Below are positions 12,015-25,453 of a DNA stretch of 64,000 nt, in pieces (within the stretch, counting starts at the first letter, position 1; each line of letters starts with the position of its first letter). A program made the position numbers and the translations under genes. This DNA is from Eledone cirrhosa (lineage: Eukaryota): NCBI GenBank assembly GCA_964016885.1, contig OZ024740.1:118854001-118918000 (forward strand). The letters are read 5' to 3'. The notes under the pieces are model-generated. The model ran no database searches. It saw nothing but the letters and a program-made list of their open reading frames with translations, and had not been told where the DNA came from.

Positions 12015-12616
12015 TCAGGTCACCAGTTGGTGCTACTAGTAACATGTATCCCAGTACAACCTTTCTCATGGTCGTTGGCGACTAAACTGACAACCCCACC
12101 AAGGTTGCTTGGTGAGGAGGGTGACTTTGGACATCCTGCAGGACTAAAAACAAAACCCGTCAAAGGGCAAAGGAGCTCTTAAGAGTCAATGGCCATCCAA
12201 AATCACCGGGAGAGATGACCCTTTAGCCTTTGTCAAGGCAGAATTCTAGGAGAAGGAAAACTCTGATATAACACCTGCAACACTGATGGTGTTCAATGAT
12301 GTTGACTTGTTCTTCTTTTTGGTAAATATCATCTTGGTTAAGAGAGTGGGACTGGCTTTGTGCAGTGCCTTTTCTCACTATAAAGGCTTCACGGCACAGG
12401 CATTGCTTTATATCTGGAGATCTATCTGCACTGGTCATCACATGATACCATGGGCCCAGCACTATGTGTCAATAATTGTCACAAGTGTAGTGTTTGTACC
12501 TGAGATTACAAGTCTCTGGCTGGACTAAAAAGTCACACTTATTCAGCGTATAGGTAGGAGTTCTCCTACATGGATATAAAGTAGTGGCCGTACTCGAAAG
12601 CGAGTTGGCAGCCAGC
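12015..12616 (+). mobile_element. RTE 5'UTR-like non-coding insertion
   Basis: Interrupts a ~155-bp (CAA)-rich tandem unit with 9-bp duplication ATATATATG (12006-12014, 12617-12625); contains CTAGGAGAAGGAAAACTCTGA typical of RTE leaders. Confidence 0.5.
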
Positions 12617-12887
12617 ATATATATGCGACTACAATAACAGCATCAACACCATTTCTGCAGCATCAGTGAAATGAAGAACAACAACAATGGCAGCAGCAGC
12701 AATAACAACAACAACAACAGCAACAACAACAACAACAACAGCATCAGCAACTACAATAACAGCTACAGCAACAACTGCCACCACCATCACTGACCATCCA
12801 CCACCACCACCATCACCATACTGACACCATCCACCACCATTCACCACCACCACCACCATTACCAGCGTAAAGCAAACAATTATTATT

Positions 12888-12990
12888 TGACTTTGCTTTT
12901 CATCCTTACGGGGTCGATGGAATAAAGTGGCAGTGGTGCACTGGGTAGTTGCTGGCCTTGTGTCTAGGGTGGAAACAATTATTATTATTA
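12888..12990 (+). mobile_element. tRNA-SINE family 1, 3' part
   Basis: Matches central domain and tail, ends in (ATT)n. Confidence 0.8.
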
Positions 12991-13062
12991 TATATAAAAA
13001 CTGAACTGGACTGGGAAAAGTCAACAGTTGACATGATTTTGATTTTGTATCAGTACTGCTGG

Positions 13063-13134
<72 letters not shown>

Positions 13135-13285
13135 TTGTGAGTGGTGTGTGTGTTTGTATGCATGAATGAGTGTTGGTATGTGAGTGGCGTGTGTGTTTGT
13201 GGTTTGTATGCATGAGTGTTGGTGTGTGAGTGTGTGTGTGTGTGTGGTGTCAATAAGTGTTTTTTTGTTGTTGTTTTTTTAATGA

Positions 13286-16200
13286 CCATGCTGTAACATG
13301 GAGGGGTAGAGAGGGCCCTTGAGTAAGACATCCTCTCTAGTGCTGGTGGCACAAATAAAAGCACCTGTAAAAGCATGCTGTAAAGTGGCGCTGGTGTTAG
13401 GAAGGGCATCCAACCAGTGTATCAATGCCAAAACGCTTATCAGCACAGCAACAAATAGGAACAACAACAAAATATGAAGACGTCGCATCTGAGAGTTGCA
13501 ACACTTAATGTTGGCACTCTCAAGTGTAGATCTGCTGAAATAGTGGAGATGCTAGAGAGAAGGCATGTGGATGTGTGCTGCGTGCAAGAGGTGGGATGGA
13601 GAGGTGCCTCTGCGAGACTAGTCGTATAAGCTATTCTGGGTAGGTAAGGATGATGGGTTAGGGAGAGTAGGCATTTTCCTGGCTGAGAAATGGATCAATA
13701 AGACAATAGAGGTAGTTCGAGTTAGTAATCGAATAATTAACCTTAGATTAGTTGTAGGCAGGAGACTACTGACAATCATCTCTGCCTATGCTCCCCAAGC
13801 AGGCCTAGGCAAAGATTAGAAAGACTGCTTTTACGAGCAACTTTTACAACAACCGCAATAACAGAGGACGGAGACATCGTTATGCTAGCAGGAGACTTCA
13901 ATGGTCATGTTGGACAGGTCCAGGATGGTTACAGTGGGGTACATGGTGGGCACGGTTACGGCTCAAGAAATGAAGAAGGAGTGAGACTTCTTGAATTTTG
14001 TGATGCAGGTACATTGACTATTTGCAACACAAACTTCCAGAAACCTGCCAATGACCTAATAACCTACAAATCTGGTCAGCACATAAGCCAGATTGACTTC
14101 TTACTAGTTAGGCAGCGGGACAGGCAGATAGTGTCTAATACCAAGGCATACCCTGGGGAAGAATGGATCCCACAGCATAAGTTAGTCGTTAGTGATATCT
14201 CAGTAAGCAAGAGATGGAATGAGACATACAGGAAGGTGTGGAGAAGAAAGGTTTGGAAGTTAAAAGACCTTTCACTAAAATACAAATTTAGGAAAGCCCT
14301 TCAAGATGTATATGACGAAAAAGAAGACGATTTAGAGAAGTATGACATAGATAATAACTGGAATTTCTTACGTGACAACTTGCTGCAGGCTACTGAAGAA
14401 TCTTGTGGCTGGAGCATAGCTCCAACGAGACAGAGAGTGATCTGGTGGTGGAACAGCACAGTAGATAAGGCAATTAGAGACAAAAGACTAGCATGGAAGG
14501 CTTGGAAAAATGGTGGGAGTAGGGGAGAATATACAGCCACTAAGAGAGAAGCTAGACGTCAGGTGTACTTAGCACGCAGGGAGGCGGAGAGTAGTTGGTT
14601 TGCCAATGTTCTGCGACGGGAATATCAGAGGCGTGCAGTGTTCCACATTGCAAGGCAGTGTGTCAATGCAAATCAGGATGTTGTTGGAGATAAATGTGTC
14701 CGGGATGATGCCGGTGTACTTAGTGTCACGAATGATCAGAAAAAGGAGGCCTGGAAATGTCATTATGAGAGACTGATGAATGTGGAGAACGAATGGGAGA
14801 GAGAGAAATTACCCTTAGTAGATCCGACAGAGGGACCAGCTATTGAGATTGACGAATATAGGGTCAAAGAGGCGATTAAGGAAATGAAAAATGGTAAGGC
14901 TGCTGGACCATCGGGAATAGTTACTGAGATTCTGAAGGCATCAGGGGACGTAAGCACTAAACAGGATGCACGCATCATCAATCAGGCTATATATGGTATA
15001 TAGTATTCTCATAAATTGCTACAAAGGTAAAGGGGATGCTCTGGAGGGGAGCAATTATAGGCGTATAAAACTGATGGATCAGGTTATGAAAGTGGCAGAA
15101 AGGATATTAGCACAACTAATTCGAGAAAGGGTCAAACTAGATGAGATGCAGTTTGGTTTTGTGCCTGGCAAGAGTACAACAGATGCCCTCTTCTTGGTGA
15201 GACAATTGCAAGGGAGGTTCTTAGAGAAAGATAAGCCACTATACTTAGCCTTTTTTGACCTAGAGAAGGCCTTTGATAGGGTAGCCCGATCTGTCATCTG
15301 GTGGTCCCTAAGGAAGCTATGTGTTGAGGAATGGCTTGTCAGGACAGTGCAAACTTTGTACATAGGTACTCTCAGTAATTTCAGGGTAGGAATGGAGTTT
15401 AGTGAGGAATTCTAGATACAAGTATGAGTAAATCAATGTTCGGTCCTCAGCTCTTGTTCATTATAGTCCTCCAAGCCATAACAGAGGTATTTAAGACTGG
15501 CTGTCCATGGGAACTTCTCTATGCTGACGATCTGGTTCTTATAGCAGAATCCGTAGAGGAGCTACAGAATAAATTCTGGCTATGGAAACAACAGTTGGAA
15601 GCAAGAGGACTGAGAGTGAACCTAGCTAAGACAAAAGTGTTGATGAGTAGAAAAGAGGACAAAACTCTGATTCCGTCAGGGAAATGGCCATGTTCGTTAT
15701 GCAGAAAAGGAACTAGCATAAATTCTATAAAATGCACACAATGCAGATCCTGGATACACAAGAGATGTAGCGAGATAGCAGGCAAACTACCAGGTAGGGA
15801 GAAATATGTATGCAGTAGATGTACAGGGAAATTAGACAGTAGAAGTTGCATTGATAGACACATTTTCAAATGCAGTAGGGCGCTATAGAAGTGGTTGATA
15901 GCTTCCGGTACCTAGGAGATCAGATTAGCATGGGAGGAGGGTGTTTTGAGGCCATAGTATCTAGAATAAGGACGGGTTGGAAGAAGTTTAGGGAGCTGCT
16001 TCCTCTGCTGACGAAGAAGGGTTTCTCCCTGCGAACGAAAGGCCGGTTGTATGATGCCTGTGTGAGGAGCGCGATGCTGCATGGTAGTGAGACATGGGCA
16101 GCAACTGCAGAGGATATGTGACGGCTGGAGAGAAATGAGGCAAGCATGCTCCGTTGGATGTGCAGTGTAAATGTGCGTGAACGACCCAGCATAAATGTGT

Positions 16201-16506
16201 TGAGAGAGAAACTGTGTCTGAGAGGGATAGAATGTAGTGTACGGGAGAGGAGACTGGGGTGGTATGGACATGTGATGCGCATGGAGGATAACCGATGGGT
16301 GAAGAAGTGCCAGGAAATGCCAGTTGGAGGAAGACGTGGCAGAGGTAGACCACGAAAAACATGGGCGGAGGTGGTGAGAACCGACCTCAGATCATTGAAG
16401 CTCACGGTGGAGATGACAAAGGACTGTGCTGAATAAGACCCGTCCCACCCTTGCAAGCAGGGAAAAGCGGACGTAAAATGATGATGATGATAATGATGAT
16501 GATGAT
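13286..16506 (+). mobile_element. Near-full-length RTE LINE, family A, disrupted
   Basis: APE (RVATLNVGTL, AGDFNGH, QIDFLL), RT (NYRRIKL, QFGF, FFDLEKAFDRV, LYADDL, FRYLG), RGRPRKTW, (TGA)n tail; several stops and frameshifts. Confidence 0.95.
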
Positions 16507-16612
16507 ATGGTCGTTTAGCCCCCTCACGTCACTGTGATGCCGAATGTTTGCATTGTTTTTTTTCAAAATACCATGTGCTTCTTACATCCTTCTCTGTTCT
16601 GTATGTTCACAG

Positions 16613-16679
16613 GGAATCGACTCATCTGAATGAGTTGATTCTCTCAAAAACGATCCAGATCAATCATAAAACTGCACTG
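16613..16679 (+). CDS. Putative host exon A (ESTHLNELILSKTIQINHKTAL), phase 2-0
   Basis: Acceptor tctgttctgtatgttcacAG, donor CTG|GTATTT; phase fits exon B. Confidence 0.4.
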
Positions 16680-17390
16680 GTATTTGGCGAAATGTATTCA
16701 TGATTTGTGAAGGGTACATATGAGGGAAATATATGTAATGTGTATCATGTATCTATAAGTTAAACTTTTGTTAAATTTTAAAATGATACAATAATGAACC
16801 ATATGTTCTTACATTCCATACAGGTTGTCTCCTGTTAAATTTTGATATGTTCAATTGAGCGTTTATAGCATTACATATATATGTATGTATATATGTTATT
16901 TACTATATTGTAAGGATTAAATATTTAGATTCATTCCTTGAATTTTTCTTTGAGCTTATTTTGGGGAGATAAGACTGAAATGGTACATAATGGGAAATTA
17001 CTTTGAAAGTAATTTGCCAATAAAATGGGAATACTAATGGAATGAAACACGTTCCACATAAATCGGAGCACGGGGTCCCGAGATACAGTTTCTTTTAGCT
17101 ACATTCATAAATAGAGAGAGAGAAAGATAGAGAGAAAGAGGTAGTGGTTGTGAGGGAGTAGATTGAAAGAGTGACATAGAGTGAGAGAGAAGGGGGGAGT
17201 ACTGGTGGTGTTGTTGAATGAAATTATAACAGGTGACTTCAAAGAATCGAAAACAGCATTACTGTATCTAAATCGAATTTGGTGGCTGAATATTAAGTCA
17301 TATAACTTGTGTTAGGAGAGGATGTGTGTAGTGAATATTTTCTGTTAAATAGGAAGGGTTCTAAGTGTGTGTGTATATATATAAATGTAT

Positions 17391-17446
<56 letters not shown>

Positions 17447-17449
17447 ATA

Positions 17450-17700
17450 CTTGGGGAGGGTCATATTTGTGTAATATTGCCAGAATTAATAACAGAACAC
17501 ACTCACTGTTTGGTTGGTTTTCGCTTCTCGCTGTCTTTTATATCTGCGATCTAACTTAATCGGTCCTCAATGTTGCCATTGACTGACCGACGGTCAAAAA
17601 TATTACAGATACAATATAGACACAAACACATATATATAGTTTACATAATTTACATAAATCTTTCGTTGCACATCTGCAACATCGTCAGTGGTGTTATATT
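17450..17700 (-). mobile_element. PLE pseudo-LTR-like fragment with hammerhead core
   Basis: CTGACGA-t-gttgca-gatg-tgcaac-GAAA (17688-17661); shares ATGACCCTCCC(C/A)AAG(T/C)ATAACA with 43243-43266; abuts (TA)n. Confidence 0.6.
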
Positions 17701-18331
17701 TTTTCCTCCTGTTGTGTTGTATGTCTACGCCATTTTTTATTCAGTCTGTCTATACATTTATTTATTTATTTGCTTGTTTGTTTATTTTATTTTGTCTTCT
17801 TTGCGCATGCGTTTGCGTGTGTGTACAGTGTTGTGTGTGCTGTGTGACTAGTGTGTATAGTGTTGTGTCTGCTGGGTGACTAGTGTGTGTTTATGTGCTT
17901 GTTGTTATTGTGCTTGTGTATGTATTTATTTATCTTATTTTATTTTATTTTATTTTATTTATTTACTTATTTATACTTCTCTTAGGTCAGTGTTGTTTGT
18001 TTGGGTGTTGTTGTTGTTCCACTCATTCTTTCTGTTTAGCTTTGGTCTTCTAATTTCTATTTCACTGGCCTCTCTGATTTGCCTATCTGCTGGGTCATTC
18101 CTATGTTTAGATATTATTCTAATTCTATTCTAATTTCTATGTTGAGGGAGTGAGATATATATATATCAAAATGAAATAACGTTTGTTTTCTTCTCTATAT
18201 TATATATGTGTGTGTGTGTGTGACCAGTGTATATAGGACACATACTCCCCACACACATATATATATATACACACGCACACACACACACATATATATATAT
18301 ACACGCACACACACATATATATATATACACG

Positions 18332-18392
<61 letters not shown>

Positions 18393-18429
18393 ACACGCAC
18401 ATATATACATACATATAAACACACAAACT

Positions 18430-20480
18430 CATATACACTGCCACTTTACTGTGAAACTCAATATTACAACATTTTACATACCTCTTACAATTATTTTGTC
18501 ACTCTCTCTCACTACACAAACATTCTCACTCTCTCACTAAACCACCAAAGTTTTACCCTATCTATATCTGTCTACTCTTTCACTCTCACAATTCCCTGAC
18601 TCTCACTAAACAAATAAATTATTTCTCAATCTCTGTACCTTACATACCTCACTATCTCTCATAATCCCCCTCTCTATCACTAGAACACAACATCCTCTCC
18701 CTCTCCCCATATTCCACTACATAACTCACTCTCTTCCACCAACTTAATTCCACCTCTCACTTTAAACCAACTAATTATCTCCCACTATCTCTATCCCACT
18801 CTATACTTCAATCTATCACACAATTCTCTCCCCTCCTCCATATCCTACTACATACCTCACTCTCTCTCACAATTACCCCTCTCTAAATAGACCACTAAGT
18901 TGTCTCACCCTCACTCTAAACCACTACATACCTCACACTCTCACAATTCCCCCCTCACTCACTAAACCATGAATCAATCTCGCCCTCACTCCCTTAATTC
19001 TCTCTCACTCCCTCAATTTTTCCCTCTCATTAAGCCAGCAAACTCTTTCCCTTTCTCACTATCCTAAAACATACCTCACTCTCTCTAACAATTGTCTCTC
19101 TCTCACTAGACCACCAAATTAACTCCCTCTTACTATATCTCACTACACACCTCACTCTCTCTCACAATTCCCCCTCTCTCACGAAAGCAGCAAACTATCT
19201 CACCCACACTCTATACCACTTCATATTTAACTATCTCTCAATGCCCCCTCTCTCACTAGACCACCAATCTATCCCATCTCTATATCCCACTAAATATCTC
19301 ACTCGCTTTCACAATTCCCCCTCTCTCACTAAATGACCAAATTCTCTCCCTCTCTCTACATTCCATTACATACCACACTCTCTCTCACTCTCAAAATACC
19401 CACCCTCTCACCAGTCCAATAAAATCTCTCCTCCTCTCTATACCCCACTACATACCACACACACTCTCTCTCTCTCACACAATTCCACCTCTCTCATTAG
19501 ACCACAAACTTCTCTCCCACTCTCTATATTCAATTACATAACTCACTTTCTTTCACTCACTTATGTATTCCTCCCTCACTAAACCAACAAATTCTCTCCT
19601 GCTCTCTGTATCTCACTACAAACAACAAACTCGCTCACAATTTCCCCCCTCTTCTCTCACTCGACATTTAAATTTACTGCCCCTCTATATATTCAATTAC
19701 ATACCTCGTTCTCTCTCACTCTCTTAACTCCCCATCTCTCACTAGGCCAATAAACTCTCATCCCTCTATATAACCCATTACATAACTCACACTCTCACAA
19801 TTTCTGCTCTCTCACTAGACCACCAAATTATCTCCCCCTCTCTATATTCTACTACATACCTCAGTCTCTTTCACTCTCTTAATTCCCCCTCTCTCACTAG
19901 ACCAACACATTCTCTCCCACTCTCTATATTCCAATACATACCTCATTCTCTCTCACTATCACAATGCCCTCTCTCCGACTAAACCAACAAATTCTCTCCC
20001 ACTCTCTATATCCCACTACATACCTCATTGACTCTCACACTTCCCCCTCACTCACTAGACCATGAAATTATCTCCCTTGTCTCTATATTCCACAACATAA
20101 CTCACTCTCTTTCACTCCCTTAATTCTCCTTCTCTCACTAAACCAACAGATACTCTCTCACTCTCGATACTCTCTATATTCGACTACATACCTAACTTTC
20201 ACTCATAATTCCCCCTCTATAAGTAAACCAACAAATTCTCTCCCCCTCTCTTTATTCCACTGCATACCTAACTCTCACAACAAGAAAGTTCCACACCACT
20301 CTATAACCCACTACATACCTCACACTCGCTCATATTCCCCCCTCTCTCACAAGGCCACCAAATTTGCTCCCTCTCTTTATATTCCACTACATACCTTACT
20401 CTCTTTCAGTCTCTTAATTCCCCCTTCTTTCACTAAACCAACAAATTTTCCTCCACTCCCCATATTACTCTACATACCTT
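18430..20480 (+). repeat. Degenerate CT-rich minisatellite, ~60-65-bp unit, roughly 30 copies
   Basis: Recurring ctctcacaattccccctctctcactagaccaccaaatt...ctatattccactacatacctca. Confidence 0.9.
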
Positions 20481-20582
20481 CTAATTTTATTTTACATTAT
20501 ATTAATGTCTGTCTATATTTTAATTATTTAAAAATTATTTTCAAGTGAACATGATTTTTTTTTAAATATTTAAAAGTGAACG

Positions 20583-20609
20583 TGACCCAATGCGTCATGG
20601 GTGTTCTAG
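20583..20609 (+). mobile_element. Helitron-like 3' terminus
   Basis: Hairpin ACCCA...TGGGT followed by CTAG|T. Confidence 0.5.
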
Positions 20610-20621
20610 TATACATATATA

Positions 20622-20670
<49 letters not shown>

Positions 20671-20718
20671 CCTACCTATATATATATATATTATGTAATA
20701 AACAACACAATATAATTA

Positions 20719-20789
20719 TTCCATTACCCAAGGTTTCACGAAGACAGGCGACATCAACAGAGGCGTCCAAAGTCGTTCATCAGAAGGAA
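20719..20789 (-). ncRNA. Type I hammerhead ribozyme motif
   Basis: ttcctt-CTGATGA-acga...tcgt-GAAA-ccttggg-TA-atggaa; intact core, GUA site. Confidence 0.8.
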
Positions 20790-21481
20790 AATTTAATATG
20801 ATGAACGACTTAGGACGCCTCTGTTCTTTACATAGAGCACTCTTCTTTTCTTTACCTTTCCCATGGAAATACTTTATATATATATACATATATATATATA
20901 CATATATTTGGTACAGGTTTATCAATATCACACACTGCTTTTTATGTTTACTATATGTTGTAGGAGGTGGTTTGTCAGAAACATTAGTGTTCCCCAAATT
21001 GATTTGTGATATTTATTCCACCATTTTCCATTCTAAGTTCAAATCCCACCAAGTTCAACTTTGTCTATCATCCTTCTGAGTTCAATAAATATATCAGTCT
21101 AGGATAGTGGAGAGCAGAATTGATATAGCACCAGATAGGATACTTTGTGGCATTACTTTCAGCCCTTTGAATTTTGATTTAAAATCCTGCCAGGACCTAC
21201 ATGGGTAGCAAATGTAATCCATCACTTGGTTTGAACACTACTACTCTATATGCCTCTGGCAGCATCCATTCCTTTCAAACATTAAGGCTAGACTTCCTCT
21301 TTGAGGATACCTTCCTTCTCCCTCACTAGTCTGGCAGACCTGCAAAGAGTCATGGGCATTGCCTCTTCCTCTTAAATCAGTGATAAAGAAAATTTCTAAA
21401 GTTATTATCTCATTAACTTGTATCTCTGTTAAAGCACCATTAAATTGAAAAGAGATAAACTTCTCTCTCACCTATGCACTA

Positions 21482-22764
21482 TATGAGGGTGGGCTGAAAT
21501 GTTCATAAGATAACGATGATGGAGTGATGCTAGAGCTGTGAAATCTTGCATGCCTTAATTTCAACTCATTGTATAAATAACTGTATTGCTTCCTTCCACG
21601 TAAACTGACATCTGATGTTCAAAGACGACGAAAAATATAACTACTAGCAACTTCTCTTGAAAATAGACAAAATTTGGCATTATGGTATTATCAAATACCT
21701 GCAGAAAAAGGATTTAACCCCCCAAAACATTCATGCTGATATGGTTGCTACATTAGGGGATGACGTTCCAGCTTTATCAACAGTGCAAAAGTGAGCAACT
21801 GAATTTAGGAGTGGAAGGGAGAGTCTTGAAGAAGACCCAAGGCTTGGACGTCCTGCAACTACCATCACTGAGGAAAACATTGACAGTTTTCATCACATGG
21901 TGATGGATGACAGACTATTGCTCCTAAATCAAGTAGCCAAGGCTATTGGCATTTCTCTGAGAGAGTTGAGAATATTCTGTACAATGAACTTGGCACGATG
22001 AAGGTTTCTGCTTTATGGGTCCCATGCCTTCTGACTCCTGATCAAAAGTGATCCAGGCTGATCACATCATGGGAAAAATCTGACATTGCTGAAGCAGATC
22101 CAGCTGGTTTTCTTGAACATTTCCTAACGAAGATGAGCGTTGGGTTCATCACTTTGAACCAGAGACAAAGAGACAATCCATGCAGTGGAAACACCACTCC
22201 TGACCTGCTCCAAAGTATTCCAAGGTCGTTTCATCTGCAGGGAAGGTGATGGCCTCAATTCTTTGGGATACAAAAGAGATTATGTTTATTATCTATCCTC
22301 AAAAGTGCCCCACCACCAATGGAGAATATTATGCCAAATTGCTGAGGCAATTCCAAAATATACCAAGACCAAACACCCTGGAAAATTGATAAAATGGGTT
22401 TTGTTTCATCAGGATAATGCTCAAGCATGAAAGTTCATGGTTTCATTCACTGTTGTGCATTACTGTGGCTTTTGAAGTAGTGGATCACCCTCCCTATTCT
22501 CCTGATTCGACCTCATCTGACTATCATCTGTTCTCTAACATGAAAAAACACTTGGCTGAGAACCAGTATCTCATATATGATGACATCTTATCTACTGTTG
22601 ATAACCTTTTTTACCAACAGGATGGAAACTTCTTCAAGCACTATGACACTAATAGAAGAAGTGTATGGACTGCTCGGAGGAATATCCTGAAAAATAAACC
22701 ACATTTGGTCACATTGCATGAGAGTATCTTGATCAGCCTATGAATCTTTCAACCAACTTTCATA
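21482..22764 (+). mobile_element. Decayed mariner (D,D34D) DNA transposon
   Basis: TA-flanked TIRs TGAGGGTGGGCTGAAATGTTCATA / TATGAATCTTTCAACCAACTTTCA; remnants FHQDNA and HPPYSPDSTSSDYHLF. Confidence 0.92.
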
Positions 22765-23221
22765 AGTTTTACAACTTTTGTTGCAGATCTAATAGAAAAT
22801 AACATACAAAGTATTTATATGTTCCATCACTGAATATAAATTGTATTCTTTCAGGGATGTACATGTCTAATATTGGAAATGAATGAAGAAAAATTAATTA
22901 ATTTAAATTTAAATAAATATTGAAATTCTAAATGTTACAAAACAAATAAAATTTTGAATCAGTAATAATAACAATCAAATATGAACAAAAACATAACAAA
23001 ATAGAAATCCTAGGTTTCAGAGAGGGCTGCAGAAATAGCCTAGATTAAGGGGAAAACTACATCTTTTGTAAAACATTAGCAGAAAAAGGGAAGGTGTTTC
23101 TGTTTATACCTACCAACAAATGATAGCATAGCACAACAGCTTCAGTTATGTCCAATGATATTATTGTATACCATGTTATAATATCTTTACACATATACAA
23201 AGTAATGCATCTTTTCACCAG

Positions 23222-23310
23222 TGCCAAAAAAAGAAAATTTCTCCTATGAAAATCTCAACTTTGGTTGAATGGATGAATTCAGGTTACAAAGAACTGGAGA
23301 TAAGGCCAAG
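23222..23310 (+). CDS. Putative host exon B (CQKKKISPMKISTLVEWMNSGYKELEIRP), phase 0-2
   Basis: Acceptor catcttttcaccAG, donor AAG|GTGTTT; only this frame is open. Confidence 0.5.
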
Positions 23311-24069
23311 GTGTTTTATCTCTGATTTTATGGCACGCATCTGTTCTTTGCATTCTGTAGGACAATATGTGTCAAATGTAACTGGTGTAAATGGCTTCTC
23401 AGTGAAAGTTTTCCTTATGTATATGCCTTATCAATTGCTGTATTTTTAAAGTGTTTTTCATTAGTTTGATTTGGAGAAAGGAGCTGAGACTATAAGTATA
23501 TCCTTAGTAGAGACAAATCAACTGGATACTTTCTTTTATATGTCACTCACAAATTTTCAAGAATAACTTGCTCTTGAGAACTTCATCTTCATCAAAGGTT
23601 CTCAACGGGGGACATATGCACCCCAAGGGGCATTTTGGAACTCCAGGGGGGGCGTTTTGGAACAAGGGGGCATCAGGGGGGCGCTAGAGGGGCACTGGAA
23701 GGCTCTTTACTTTGGTAAGTTTTATAAGCCATATTTGTATGTCTCTGAGACAGCCAGTGTGAATGCATTTGAATGAGGATGAAGACAGCATAACTATGGT
23801 CTGACCGCAGCTGTAAGCAGGTGTGCAGGCGTGTCTAAACATTAACTGGCAATTGAGATCCTAAAAATGGAAAAAACCCACACTCAACTGGGTCAAGGAC
23901 ACTTTGAGCGCAGCCAGTTTGAATCTTGTCTTTGCTTCACCGATAACAATGTATTTCATGTCTGAAATGATTGACTCAACCGTAACGAGTTAACACTATG
24001 TAGATCTATTTTATTCCCTATTGTATAAATAATATTACAAATAAAAAAAAGAAATGAAAACACACAAAA

Positions 24070-24428
24070 GCGGGTAGCACACACATCTAGGACCACATAT
24101 AACACATAAGCTGGTAATACAGACATCTAGGACCACATACAATTCATAATCAGGTAGCACACACATCTAGGACCACATACAACACATAATCAGATAATAA
24201 ACACATCTAGGACTACATACAACACATAAGCAGGTAATACACACATCTAGGACCACATGCAACACATAAGCAGGTAATACACACATCTAGGACCACATAC
24301 AACACACAGCAGGTAATACATACAGCTGGGACCACATGCAATTCATAAGCAGGTAATACATACATCTAGGACTGCATACAACACACAAGGAGGTAATACA
24401 TACATCTAGGATCACATACAACACACAT
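24070..24428 (+). repeat. 40-bp minisatellite, about 9 copies, inside the hAT
   Basis: gcaggtaatacacacatctaggaccacatacaacacataa repeated. Confidence 0.95.
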
Positions 24429-25453
24429 TGTATCATGTGTTACGGATGACGCAAGAGCAATGGTCGGCCAACATAAGGGTTTCTTCACTCTTCTGAAGAG
24501 AGAAAATCTATCTGTATTTGCTGTTCATTGTGTCATTCATCAACAACACTTGGCTATGAAGAAACTCAGTGAGCCACTGAGCAAGTCCTTGCAGGTGGCC
24601 ATTGATGTCATCAATTTTATCAAACACCATTCCCTCAATGAACAAAATTTTCGGCAACTGTGCCAGGATAATGACGAAGAATTCACCAAGTTGCTCCTTC
24701 ATACTGAAGTGAGGTGGCTTTCAAAGGGCAAGTGCCTTACTCACTTCTTTGAACTGTTCGACTCTATCATTGAGTTTCTTCGAGGACGCAACACAGAACT
24801 GTACAAGAAAACCCTCGATGTGAGGCAAGACTGTGCCTACCTCGCTAACACCTTTGACAAATGCAATAGCGTCATTATGGTTTTGCAGGGGAAGAAGATC
24901 ACCTTGATTAAAGCAAGGAATGCCGTGAAAACATTCCTGGCCAAATTGAATGTCATCGAAAGGAATCTTTGTTGACGGGAATTCTATAATTTTCCTAGTT
25001 TCGCCAATGTTCAAAACAATGTAAGCGATGACCAACTCCAAATTTATACCGCTCACTAGAAGACAACATGAGAGAACAGTTTGTTGACCTTTTGCTGATG
25101 GACATCCCAATGTGGATAGCAGATCCCTTCATAGCTACTGTCGACGATTTGGACGTTAAATTTCAGGAAGAATTCATTGAACTTCAAGCAGATAACATGA
25201 TCAAAATTAGATTTCCCAAAATAGGTGAACCCCTTTTTTGGATGCAAGAGGAAATTCAGCGTCGACTTCCACTCCTACATGCAGAGGCTAAGAGATTTGC
25301 TCTGCCTTTTCCAAGCTCATACTTAGTCGAGAGGAGGTTTGGTGCAACCGCTACAATGTAATTACACGTGGAGATCGCTAGCTACATCTTACACAAATTC
25401 AGCCTCATGTCAAAGAGTTAGCTAGACTCCATGAAGCTCAAGGATTCCATTGA
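24429..25453 (+). pseudogene. hAT transposase remnant (C-terminal half)
   Basis: CVTDDARAM, HCVIH, LLLHTEVRWLSKG, FPSSYLVERRF; in-frame stops. Confidence 0.9.

Noticed and set aside
24070-24428. CRISPR-like regular array
   Set aside because: Whole 40-bp units repeat with no unique spacers; eukaryotic context, no cas genes
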